A stretch of DNA of 64,000 nt from Candidatus Omnitrophota bacterium (lineage in GTDB: Bacteria > Omnitrophota > Gorgyraeia > JAZDFF01), in assembly GCA_043808095.1 (NCBI GenBank), contig JAZDFF010000031.1, forward strand, positions 37,073 to 101,072, read 5' to 3'. Under the pieces are notes generated by a model. That model searched no databases. It was not told where the DNA came from and saw only the letters and a program-made list of their open reading frames with translations. Shown piece by piece: positions 38,958 to 48,073 of the stretch. Positions within the stretch are counted from its first letter, which is position 1; each line of letters opens with the position of its first letter. Made by a program: the position numbers and the translations under genes.

Positions 38958-39388
38958 GAAAATTAACAAGATATTGCGGTATTCTTATGATTTTATTTTT
39001 GAGTGTTGTATTGTCTGGGTGTGCAACTACCGCTGGAAAGGCTTTTGAGACCAAAGAAAGTCAGGTTAAATTAAGAAGTATCCAGACAAGAGCTTTTGAT
39101 ACAACCGATAAGAAGAAAATGATGCAAACTGTAATAAGCACGCTACAAGACTTAGATTTTGTTGTTGATAAAGCCGATTTTATGCTCGGTTCCATTACCG
39201 GTTCTAAATTTCTTGGGCACGAGGTTGTGACAATGACGGTTATTGTTAGACCACGGGGAGAAAAACAGTTGTTAGTAAGGGCAAACGCCCAATATGGGAT
39301 TAAGACAGTAGAAGATCCAGAAACCTATCAAGATTTCTTTACTGCTTTAGAAAAGGCAATATTTTTAACAGCGCAGCAGGTTGATTAA
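38954..39388 (+). CDS. Uncharacterised lipoprotein
   Basis: Lipobox LSGC; paralogue of the upstream gene. Confidence 0.7.
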   Translation: MRKLTRYCGILMILFLSVVLSGCATTAGKAFETKESQVKLRSIQTRAFDTTDKKKMMQTVISTLQDLDFVVDKADFMLGSITGSKFLGHEVVTMTVIVRPRGEKQLLVRANAQYGIKTVEDPETYQDFFTALEKAIFLTAQQVD

Positions 39389-39502
39389 AGGTTTAAAGAA
39401 AATAGTATAATAAATAAATTGATAATGGATTCCAAAAATAAAGGAAAAAAAGCTCAATAATTCTTTTAAAATTCAAACAGAATAATTTATTATTGTAAAT
39501 TC

Positions 39503-39531
39503 CATCCCAGATACTCTGCCTGGGATTTTTT
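39503..39531 (+). terminator. Intrinsic terminator candidate
   Basis: atcccag...ctgggat stem followed by a T-run. Confidence 0.5.
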
Positions 39532-39574
39532 GTTTGTTGCGCTGGGTTTATAATTGTGATAAAATTATGAGCCT

Positions 39575-40705
39575 ATGAAAGAAAAAAGAGTGCTCCTGAT
39601 GTACATCACCGAATTTTCCGGGCATTACCATGCTGCTCATGCTATAGAAAACGCCCTTAAACTCAAAGACCATAAGGTAGAGACCTTAAATATCAATGCC
39701 TTCCACTACACCAGTCCCATCACCGAGAAAATTGTCCACAAGATTTACATGGGGGTCATCAAGAGGACCCCGAGGATCTGGGAATACCTCTACGACAACC
39801 CTAACTTTATAAATGGCACCAGCAGTATAAAAAAATTCATTAATAAATTTAATTCCCCGAAATTAAAACGGCTTTTTGACCGGTTTAAGCCCCGGGCGAT
39901 TGTTTGTTCCCAGGCCTTTCCCTGCGGTATGACCGCTGCCTTTAAAAAGGCATATAACATTGATGTGCCGTTAATCGGCGTATTGACGGATCATGCGCCG
40001 CATTCATACTGGCTTTATGATAACGTGGATTATTACGTTGTTCCATCGCAGGATGCCAAAGAGGTCTTTGTTAAAAAGGGAGTGGCCCCTGAGCGCATAA
40101 AGGTATTGGGGATACCTATTGACCCCAAGTTCGCCAGGCCCAAAAATAAGGAAAGAACCGCAAGGCGCCTTAAATTAGACCTGCATACTCCGATAGTACT
40201 TTTAATGGGAGGCGGCCAGGGAATAGGGCCGATAAATAAAATTATAAAATATCTTGATAAAGCCAGGGCGAATTTTCAGATTGCAGTAATAACCGGGACC
40301 AATAAGAAGTTAATTAAAAAATTAAAGGATAGCCGCAATAAATTTAATAAAAAGATTACGGTCTTTGGTTATGTGCATAATGTTGATGAATTGATGGAGG
40401 TCTCTAAACTCCTTATTACAAAAGCCGGCGGAATAACCACTACCGAGGCCCTGGCAAAAGGCCTGCCTATGATTATCATAAAGCCTATTCCCGGACAGGA
40501 AGATTCTAACTGCGAATTCTTATTGAGGCATAAGGCGGCAATAAAGATTAGAAAAGCAAAAGAAGTCACTTCTTGCGTCGAGAGATTGATTAATGCCGAA
40601 GGAAGGTTACATCAGATGGGTTTGAATGCAAGAAAAATAAGCAAGCCGCAGGCAGCTTTGGATATTGCGGAGTTAATATTAAGATCATCCTCCTACGCTG
40701 AATAA
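39575..40705 (+). CDS. MGDG synthase/UgtP-like diacylglycerol glycosyltransferase (GT28)
   Basis: GHYHAA, VLTD, GIPIDPKF, LMGGGQG, TKAGGIT.TEAL, PIPGQE. Confidence 0.85.
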   Translation: MKEKRVLLMYITEFSGHYHAAHAIENALKLKDHKVETLNINAFHYTSPITEKIVHKIYMGVIKRTPRIWEYLYDNPNFINGTSSIKKFINKFNSPKLKRLFDRFKPRAIVCSQAFPCGMTAAFKKAYNIDVPLIGVLTDHAPHSYWLYDNVDYYVVPSQDAKEVFVKKGVAPERIKVLGIPIDPKFARPKNKERTARRLKLDLHTPIVLLMGGGQGIGPINKIIKYLDKARANFQIAVITGTNKKLIKKLKDSRNKFNKKITVFGYVHNVDELMEVSKLLITKAGGITTTEALAKGLPMIIIKPIPGQEDSNCEFLLRHKAAIKIRKAKEVTSCVERLINAEGRLHQMGLNARKISKPQAALDIAELILRSSSYAE

Positions 40706-40818
40706 TTTCTACTTCGCCAAGGCTTCGTAGAATAAATTTCGAGTCAGCTTCCCTGCCTGCCGGCAGGCAGGGGCGGATTTCACTGAATGGATAAGTTGAA
40801 ATTTTGTTAAGGTGTTCA

Positions 40819-41712
40819 ATGTTAGAATATCAAAAATACCAATTAGGAATTTATTTGGCCACGCACCTGCCCTTGGCGGCTAGTTACGCCCTGGCAAATA
40901 TCTTGTCCGAATTGCATTATTTATCTTCTAAAAAAGACCGAGACACTATCAGGGGAAACCTAAAGGCGATTTTGCCCGATGCCAGCCCCAGGCAGATTGA
41001 GCGATATACCCATGAGGTATTCAGGAATTTCGGCAGGTATATAGTTGAGTTTTTCCGTTTTGCCAAGATTGACCAGGAATTTATCGACCGGCATGTTAAG
41101 ATAGAAGGCAGGGAACACGTTGAAGAGGCCCTAAAAAGAGGCAAGGGTGTGATTGCCCTGTCTGCACATCTGGGGAATTGGGAGTTAGGAGGAGTGATTG
41201 TTGCCAGGAGCGGTTATTCTTTTATAGCAGTAGCCCTTACACACTGTGACAAAAGGATTAATAATTTTTTTAATTTCCAGAGGGAATTCCACGGGGTTAA
41301 GGTTTTACAGGTAAAGACCGGCATCCGAGATTGTTTTAAGGCCCTAAAACAAAACCAGATAATTGCCCTTGTCGGAGACCGGGATTTTACCAATAGCGGG
41401 ATAATCAGCAATTTTCTGGGAAGGCAGTCGGATTTGCCAAGGGGGCCGGCAGTTTTTCATTTAAGGACGGGCGCTCCGATTGTGCCGGTATTTATGATAA
41501 GGGAGGGCCCTACTTATAATTTCCGCCTGGTGATTGAGAAACCTATAGAATTTACTCCTTGTGGCGACGAGGAAAAAGATATCAAAGACCTGACAGATAT
41601 TTGCAGCAAGGCAATCGAAACCTATGTCCGCAGGTACCCAGAGCAATGGCTGATGTTTAGGCAGTTTTGGTATGACCCGGACACGCCGAAGGAAGAGATC
41701 AAGATAATCTGA
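40819..41712 (+). CDS. LpxL/HtrB-family lipid acyltransferase
   Basis: SAHLGNWE, LVGDRD, YPEQWLMF; ATG at 40819 preferred. Confidence 0.85.
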   Translation: MLEYQKYQLGIYLATHLPLAASYALANILSELHYLSSKKDRDTIRGNLKAILPDASPRQIERYTHEVFRNFGRYIVEFFRFAKIDQEFIDRHVKIEGREHVEEALKRGKGVIALSAHLGNWELGGVIVARSGYSFIAVALTHCDKRINNFFNFQREFHGVKVLQVKTGIRDCFKALKQNQIIALVGDRDFTNSGIISNFLGRQSDLPRGPAVFHLRTGAPIVPVFMIREGPTYNFRLVIEKPIEFTPCGDEEKDIKDLTDICSKAIETYVRRYPEQWLMFRQFWYDPDTPKEEIKII

Positions 41713-41901
41713 TTGATACTGCTGATAGCATTAATCAAATGTCTAATATCGAATTTCTAATGCCTAATAAATGTTCAAATTCTTAATATCTAATTTAAAA
41801 TTAGACATTTTCCCGCCAAAAGCGGGATCCCGCTGGATTCTTTCTATTGTGCGGGATAATCACTGTAATCTTTTTGGTAATCACCGTAATCATTATTTAA
41901 T

Positions 41902-42576
41902 ATGAAGACATGCGTACTCATCCCCTCATATAACGAGGAAAAAACCATAGGCGGTATCGTTAAGAAAGTGCGCGCTCTTGAGCTGGATGTAATTGTAGTT
42001 GATGATGGTTCATCCGATAATACCGAGAAGGCCGCAAAAGAGGCAGGGGCCTTAGTTATAAGCCATCCGAAAAATCATGGCAAGGGTTTTGCCCTGCGTA
42101 ACGGCTTTACTTATACTTTGGGCCAGGATTACGAAGCGGTTATTACGATGGACGGCGACGGCCAGCATGACGTGCAGGATATAAAAAAATTCCTAAAGGC
42201 AACGGAATCCAATCCTCAGCTTGGCGTTATCGTGGGAAACCGCATGCTTAATACCAAGGACATGCCGTTTATCAGGTTTTTAACCAATATCTTTATGTCT
42301 TTTGTGATTTCTATGTTTTCCCGCCAGGAGATTGCCGATACCCAGTGCGGATTTAGGTTAGTAAGGCGCGCAGTTTTAGAAAATATAAGGTTATTCACTT
42401 CTAATTTTGAGATTGAATCCGAGATACTTATCCGGGCGGGGCGCCTGGGATACAAGATTTCCTCAATCCCAATCCAGACGATTTATCTTACGAAGTCGAG
42501 TAAAATCAGCCCGTTTATAGATACCTTTAGATTCATTAAATTCATCATTAAAGAGATATGGATTTCGATTTTTTAA
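41902..42576 (+). CDS. GT2 glycosyltransferase (polyprenol-phosphate mannosyltransferase-like)
   Basis: IPSYNEE, VDDGSSD, NHGKG, MDGDGQH, DTQCGFR. Confidence 0.9.
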   Translation: MKTCVLIPSYNEEKTIGGIVKKVRALELDVIVVDDGSSDNTEKAAKEAGALVISHPKNHGKGFALRNGFTYTLGQDYEAVITMDGDGQHDVQDIKKFLKATESNPQLGVIVGNRMLNTKDMPFIRFLTNIFMSFVISMFSRQEIADTQCGFRLVRRAVLENIRLFTSNFEIESEILIRAGRLGYKISSIPIQTIYLTKSSKISPFIDTFRFIKFIIKEIWISIF

Positions 42577-43196
42577 GAAAAAAGATGGTTGAAGAGCAGC
42601 TTATCCGACGGGGGATAAAAAACGAGCGTGTGCTGGCTGCCTTTTCTAAAGTCCCGCGGCATAAATTTATCCCGGAAAATCTCCATGACAGCGCCTACGG
42701 AGATTTCCCTCTTGCCATAGGAGAGGGCCAGACTATTTCCCAGCCTTATATGGTGGCGATAATGACTGAGCATTTAGACCCAAAGAAATCAGAAAAAATA
42801 CTGGAGATTGGCACCGGCTCAGGATATCAGGCAGCCATACTTGCGGAATTGGCTGGGGAGGTCTATTCGGTTGAGCGATTTGACGGCCTTTCAAAGAAGG
42901 CTGAAATGGTTCTTTCAGAGCTCGGTTATAAAAATATCCATCTTAAGGTGGATGACGGGACCTTAGGCTGGAGGGAATTTGCGCCTTTTGATGGAATCAT
43001 TATTACTGCCGGCGCCCCAAAGGTGCCCAATAATTTAGTGGGGCAGCTTACAGATGATGGAAGGATGCTTATTCCTATAGGAGGGAGTTTCAGCCAGGTG
43101 CTTACTTTGGTGAAAAAACAAATAGGCCAGATAACCTGCAAAGAAATCTGCGGCTGCGTGTTTGTGCCTCTTGTGGGAAAACATGGCTGGCAATAA
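42558..43196 (+). CDS. pcm: Protein-L-isoaspartate O-methyltransferase
   Basis: VPRHKF, GQTISQPY, LEIGTGSGYQAA, FVPLVG. Confidence 0.95.
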   Translation: MDFDFLRKKMVEEQLIRRGIKNERVLAAFSKVPRHKFIPENLHDSAYGDFPLAIGEGQTISQPYMVAIMTEHLDPKKSEKILEIGTGSGYQAAILAELAGEVYSVERFDGLSKKAEMVLSELGYKNIHLKVDDGTLGWREFAPFDGIIITAGAPKVPNNLVGQLTDDGRMLIPIGGSFSQVLTLVKKQIGQITCKEICGCVFVPLVGKHGWQ

Positions 43197-43302
43197 AACA
43201 CGAATTTCCACAGATTGCCTGCCTGCAGTGTAGGCAGGCACACGAATAAACACGAATACTAAAAGATACCGGATCATGACTCCATTTGTTTAAGAGGACA
43301 GT

Positions 43303-43806
43303 ATGATACAGATTTATACCGGTGACGGAAAAGGCAAAACTACGGCGGCCCTGGGCCTTGCCATACGCGCGGCAGGCGCAGGCCTTAAGGTTTATATCGG
43401 CCAATTTCTAAAAGGAAGGACTTACTGCGAACTAGAATCTTTAGAGAAGATTAAAAATATAAAGATTGAACGCTTTGGCCGGACTTGTTTCATCAAAAAA
43501 CGGCCTACGAAAAAAGACCTGGAATTAGCGAAAAGGGGATTTAAAAAAATCGAAGAGATTATCTGCAAAGGCTGTTATGACCTGGTGATTTTAGACGAGA
43601 TCAATATCGCTGTTTCCCTAGGGCTCCTGGAATTAGGCCAGCTTTTAAGGCTTATCAAAAAGACTCCCGGAGATGTCGAGCTGGTTTTAACCGGACGCTA
43701 CGCACACCCCGAGATTATTAAGGTTGCGGATTTAGTCAGCGAAATAAAAGATATAAAACATTATTATGAAAAAGGGGTAAAGGCAAGGAGAGGTATTGAA
43801 TATTGA
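43303..43806 (+). CDS. cobO: Cob(I)alamin adenosyltransferase
   Basis: YTGDGKGKTTAALG, QFLKG, LDEI, LTGR, GIEY. Confidence 0.93.
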   Translation: MIQIYTGDGKGKTTAALGLAIRAAGAGLKVYIGQFLKGRTYCELESLEKIKNIKIERFGRTCFIKKRPTKKDLELAKRGFKKIEEIICKGCYDLVILDEINIAVSLGLLELGQLLRLIKKTPGDVELVLTGRYAHPEIIKVADLVSEIKDIKHYYEKGVKARRGIEY

Positions 43807-43858
43807 AAATGATTACAGTGATTACCAAAAAGATTCCAGGGATTAAAGAAGATTGAAA

Positions 43859-43968
43859 CGCCAGTTGGCAAATTTTGCTTGCGTCCCAAAAGTTTCTATG
43901 ACATCAAGAAAAATTTAACCGCCAGTTGGCAAATTTTTCTTGACAGATTAAAGCAAAAGTTGTATTTT
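43859..43968 (+). promoter_or_regulatory. Promoter with a 23-bp direct repeat (possible operator)
   Basis: cgccagttggcaaatttt(g/t)cttg at 43859 and 43920; TTGACA(43940)-17-TATTTT. Confidence 0.55.
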
Positions 43969-43984
43969 AATATAGAGATTTTCG

Positions 43985-44196
43985 TATTAGGTTAAGGGAA
44001 ATCCGTGCTTCGATTTCGCTTAGAATGAACACTGAGTGAAACGAAGTGTTAAAATCGGATGCGGTCCCGCCGCTGTAACCCCGGGCTTTTTATAAAAAAA
44101 AGCGGACCCTTTTAGCAGAAAATACCACTGCCTCAAAGAAACGTCGAGGTGGGAAGGTGGCTAAAAGGGCGGGGGAGCCAGAAGACCTACCTAATA
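43985..44196 (+). ncRNA. Cobalamin riboswitch carrying an inserted hairpin
   Basis: AAGGGAA.ATCCG..CGGAT, GCGGTCCCGCCGCTGT, CCACTG..GGGAAGG, B12 box GAGCCAGAAGACCT, P1 attaggt/acctaat; lies upstream of btuFCD. Confidence 0.9.
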
Positions 44197-44267
44197 AAAT
44201 GATTTAGCGTTTTATGTTTCGCTAAACGCTACATCCTCGCGGAAGGGCTAAGTAAAAAAAGGGTGCA

Positions 44268-44300
44268 ACCCCGACGTAAATGTCGGGGTTTTTTATTTTG
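44268..44300 (+). terminator. Riboswitch expression-platform terminator
   Basis: accccgac-gtaaat-gtcggggt followed by a T-run. Confidence 0.75.
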
Positions 44301-44394
44301 CCAGACGATACGTGGGACGAAGACGGATAATCCCAAACTTGCGCAGAAATTTCTTCGAAATTTTCAGGCGCTTAATCGAGGGAAAGATTAATAG

Positions 44395-45219
44395 ATGAAG
44401 AAGGCAATCTTATCGATAATATTTCTTTTCTTGTTCTTAAATACGGCGGCAGCCTCTCCAAGATACATTTCGTTTGCTCCTTCGACCACTGAAATTTTGT
44501 TTGCCCTGGGATTGGACGATGAAATCGTAGGAGTAAGTACATTCTGTAATTATCCCCCAAAAGCGCAGGAAAAAGAAAAAGTTGGCACATTTAGCCAACC
44601 GAATATCGAGAAAATCTTATCTTTAAAACCAGATATTATATTCTGCACCGGTCTTGAGCAGGCAGGCACAGTTAAAGAATTGAAGCAACTTAACCTCAAA
44701 GTTTATGTTAGCGACCCCTGTGATATTGAAGGATTATTTAATTCAATTCGGGAAATAGGTAGACTCACCAGCAAAGAAAAAGAGGCAGATGCCCTAATCG
44801 GCAAAATGAAGACGGCTATCAGCGAAATTAGTTCTTTGGTCAAATTGATTAATAAAAAAGACATGCCCAGAGTATTCGTTGAGATATGGTATGACCCGTT
44901 AATGACAGCAGGCAAGGGTTCTTTTATCGACGAGTTGCTTAGGTTAGCCGGTGGAGTGAATATTGCCTACGATACTCCACGACCTTATAGTTATTTTAGC
45001 CCTGAACAGGTACTAAAACGAAATCCCACATGTATTATTCTGACTTATATGAGTAATGAAAAACCCCTAATGGCAGTTAGCAGACGCTTTGGCTGGGAGG
45101 AAATCTCTGCAGTCAAAAACAACCGCATATATAACGATATTAATCCGGACCTCTTGTTACGTCCTGGACCGCGTTTAGTCGAAGGCCTAAAAGAATTGCA
45201 CAAAAGGCTATATCCTTAA
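44395..45219 (+). CDS. btuF: Cobalamin ABC transporter substrate-binding protein
   Basis: APSTTEILFALG, PNIEKILSLKPD, LLRPGPRL; B12 context. Confidence 0.85.
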   Translation: MKKAILSIIFLFLFLNTAAASPRYISFAPSTTEILFALGLDDEIVGVSTFCNYPPKAQEKEKVGTFSQPNIEKILSLKPDIIFCTGLEQAGTVKELKQLNLKVYVSDPCDIEGLFNSIREIGRLTSKEKEADALIGKMKTAISEISSLVKLINKKDMPRVFVEIWYDPLMTAGKGSFIDELLRLAGGVNIAYDTPRPYSYFSPEQVLKRNPTCIILTYMSNEKPLMAVSRRFGWEEISAVKNNRIYNDINPDLLLRPGPRLVEGLKELHKRLYP

Positions 45220-46176
45220 ATGAATCCATCTTTAAAAAGAAAAATCCTATTATTATTGGTAATATTGGTTTTTGCTTTATTGCTTGGGATTACCAAAGGC
45301 TCAGTTAAATTATCCGTTGTAGAGTTGTTACTTAAGGAAAACAGGCAAATTTTTTATCTTAGGCTTTCACGTATCCTGTTGGCTATAATTACGGGAAGCG
45401 GCCTGGCAGTCTCAGGGATTGTTCTTCAGGCCGTCTTAAGAAATCCGCTGGCAGAACCTTACTTATTAGGCACATCAAGCGGCGCAGGCCTAGCAGCAGT
45501 ATTAGCCATAATCATAGGTATTTCCAGTGTATATCTTCCCTTTGTGGCCTTTTTGGGAGCCATCCTAGCTATCCTCTTAGTCTATAACCTGGCTAAAAGA
45601 GATAACAAGATTCCGGTGCAGTCACTTGTTCTTTCTGGAGTAATTGTATCTATAGCGCTATCCAGTATAATTGTTTTTTTGATATCTGTCTCCGTCAATG
45701 AGACATTACACGGTATTTTGTGGTGGTTGTGGGGAAGTTTGCAGGTTTATGATTTTAGGCTTCTTTTTATAGTCAGCATCATAGTTGTTATAGGGACATT
45801 GATGGTATTCGTACTTTCACAGGATTTAAATGCCATCAGTATCGGAGAAGAAGAGGCAATTCATTTAGGCGTAAAGACTGAAACAATAAAGAAGGCATTA
45901 TTTTTTATCACTTCTTTAATTACAGCCAGCCTTGTTTGTATCTGCGGCGTGATCGGATTCGTAGGTTTAATTATCCCCCATGCTATGAGGTTTATCGTCG
46001 GCCCAAATCATAAGGTGCTTATTCCTGTCTCTTGTTTAGCAGCATCAGCCTTTATGATTATCTGCGATTTGCTTTCGCGAACAATCATGTCGCCATTAGA
46101 AATCCCTATTGGAGTGATTACTGCCATCGTCGGAGCACCGATATTTATTATCTTATTTAAAACGTCCAATAAATAG
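45220..46176 (+). CDS. btuC: Cobalamin ABC transporter permease
   Basis: RNPLAEPYLLGTSSGA, IGFVGLIIPH, EIPIGVIT. Confidence 0.85.
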   Translation: MNPSLKRKILLLLVILVFALLLGITKGSVKLSVVELLLKENRQIFYLRLSRILLAIITGSGLAVSGIVLQAVLRNPLAEPYLLGTSSGAGLAAVLAIIIGISSVYLPFVAFLGAILAILLVYNLAKRDNKIPVQSLVLSGVIVSIALSSIIVFLISVSVNETLHGILWWLWGSLQVYDFRLLFIVSIIVVIGTLMVFVLSQDLNAISIGEEEAIHLGVKTETIKKALFFITSLITASLVCICGVIGFVGLIIPHAMRFIVGPNHKVLIPVSCLAASAFMIICDLLSRTIMSPLEIPIGVITAIVGAPIFIILFKTSNK

Positions 46177-46184
46177 AATAATCC

Positions 46185-46976
46185 ATGGATAATCTTTTAA
46201 AGATAAATAACCTTTGGGGCGGTTACGGTAAAGAGATGGTAATAAAAAACGTCTCATTTGAAATAAAAAGAGGAGATTTTTTAGGTATTATCGGTCCCAA
46301 TGGTTCAGGAAAATCGACTTTGCTTAGATTAATGAGCCGTGCATTGAATCCCCAAAAGGGTAATATCGCGCTTGAGGATATAGATATAAGTAAGACGGAC
46401 TTAAAAGAATTCTGTTGTAAGGTTGCTTTTGTGCCTCAAGATACCTTGATTAATTTTGACTTTGGTGTTTTTGAGATAGTGCTCATGGGAAGGATTCCGC
46501 ATCTTAAGAGGCTGCAGCTTGAAACCAGAAAGGACTTCTTAATAGCAGAAGAGGCGCTTTCATTGACCGATACTTTATATTTGAAAGAAAGGCAGATAGA
46601 TAGGCTGAGTGCCGGAGAGCGACAACGGGTGATTATCGCTAAGGCCCTGACCCAGGAGCCTATATTGTTATTTCTTGATGAACCCACGTCTCATCTGGAT
46701 ATAGGTCATCAGATACAGATCTTAGATTTGTTGAAAAAACTGAATAGGGAGAGAGGCCTTACCATAGTCATGGTTTTACATGATTTAAACCTAGCCAGTG
46801 AGTATTGCAATCGCTTGGTCTTATTAGACGAAGGAAAGATCTTTAAAGAAGGCTCTCCTTATGAAGTCTTAACTTATCAGAATATTGAAACAGTATATAA
46901 GACCGTTGTTGTAGTGAATAAAAATCCTATTTCCCAAAAGCCTTATGTACTTTTAGTCCCCCGGGAGAATAAATGA
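46185..46976 (+). CDS. btuD: Cobalamin ABC transporter ATPase
   Basis: GPNGSGKST, LSAGERQR, LDEPTSHLD. Confidence 0.85.
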   Translation: MDNLLKINNLWGGYGKEMVIKNVSFEIKRGDFLGIIGPNGSGKSTLLRLMSRALNPQKGNIALEDIDISKTDLKEFCCKVAFVPQDTLINFDFGVFEIVLMGRIPHLKRLQLETRKDFLIAEEALSLTDTLYLKERQIDRLSAGERQRVIIAKALTQEPILLFLDEPTSHLDIGHQIQILDLLKKLNRERGLTIVMVLHDLNLASEYCNRLVLLDEGKIFKEGSPYEVLTYQNIETVYKTVVVVNKNPISQKPYVLLVPRENK

Positions 46977-47545
46977 CTACGAGACTAATATTAGTAAGGC
47001 ACGGTCAGACTCCTTACGCTAGAGAGAAGAGATACTGCGGTTTAAGCGACATCGGGCTAGACGATAAAGGCATTAAAGAAGCAAAGGCTCTACGTAAAAG
47101 ACTATGCAGAAAGAATATTCAAGAGGTTTATTCAAGCGATCTTAAACGAGCATTGGATTTCGCAAAAATCATTTTTGAGAATTCTTCCATAAAAAGCACG
47201 GCTCAATTGAGAGAAATGAATTTTGGTATATTTGAGGGGCTTACTTATGGAGAGATCATGGAAAAATATCCGGAAATTTATACCAAATGGCTAAATGACC
47301 CCTTAATTACTCGAATTCCTAGGGCCGAGTCTTGGGTAGAATTCAGAAGAAGAATTAAACGAACATTAATTAAAATGATTAAACTTAACAAGAACAAGAC
47401 ATTGGCCATAGTCACTCATGCCGGACCGATAAGGATAATTCTAAGCGATATTTTGAGAACGAAGGATATCTGGCAAATAAACCCGGATACAGCTAGCCTC
47501 AATATCATCGAGTATAAAAATAAAAAAGCAAGATTAGTCGAGTGA
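46973..47545 (+). CDS. cobC: Alpha-ribazole phosphatase (histidine phosphatase family)
   Basis: LVRHGQT, SSDLKRA, EMNFG, VTHAG; operon context. Confidence 0.8.
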   Translation: MTTRLILVRHGQTPYAREKRYCGLSDIGLDDKGIKEAKALRKRLCRKNIQEVYSSDLKRALDFAKIIFENSSIKSTAQLREMNFGIFEGLTYGEIMEKYPEIYTKWLNDPLITRIPRAESWVEFRRRIKRTLIKMIKLNKNKTLAIVTHAGPIRIILSDILRTKDIWQINPDTASLNIIEYKNKKARLVE

Positions 47546-47554
47546 AAATTTAGA

Positions 47555-48073
47555 ATGGGAAAGATTATTTTTATTTTAGGTGGGGCAAGAAGCGGTAAAA
47601 GTCAGTTTGCAATAAAACTGGCTAAAAGAAAACCGCAAAGAGTTGCATTTATTGCCACGTGTTCGGCCCAAGATAAAGAAATGAAAAAACGCATTTGTCT
47701 ACACAAAAAATCAAGGCCTTCAGATTGGCAGACTTTTGAAGAGCTGCATGATTTAGCCCCATTATTAAAAAAAATAGGCCGCAAATTTGATATTATCATA
47801 ATAGATTGCTTAACTCTCTGGATATCTAATTTGTTGATAAAAGGTATAAACGGAAATGTAATTGAAAATAAAGCTAAGGAGAACTTTGCTGCCCTTAGAA
47901 CAATCAAGGGCAAATCTATTATTGTCTCAAATGAAGTCGGTTTAGGGATTGTGCCTGTTAATAAACTTGCAAGAGATTTTAGAGATATAGCAGGAAGAGT
48001 AAACCAAATTGCAGTCGGTGAATCCAACGAGGTGTTTTTACTGGTTTCGGGGATACCCTTAAAGATAAAATGA
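47555..48073 (+). CDS. cobU: Adenosylcobinamide kinase/guanylyltransferase
   Basis: GGARSGKS, IDCLTLW, VSNEVGLG. Confidence 0.93.
   Translation: MGKIIFILGGARSGKSQFAIKLAKRKPQRVAFIATCSAQDKEMKKRICLHKKSRPSDWQTFEELHDLAPLLKKIGRKFDIIIIDCLTLWISNLLIKGINGNVIENKAKENFAALRTIKGKSIIVSNEVGLGIVPVNKLARDFRDIAGRVNQIAVGESNEVFLLVSGIPLKIK

Noticed and set aside
17684-39388. Prophage or integrative element covering the accessory region
   Set aside because: No integrase, phage structural genes, tRNA target or att repeats were seen.
43859-43942. Possible mini-CRISPR (23-bp repeat, 38-bp spacer)
   Set aside because: Only two repeats, no cas genes, and it overlaps a promoter; an operator or duplication is more likely.
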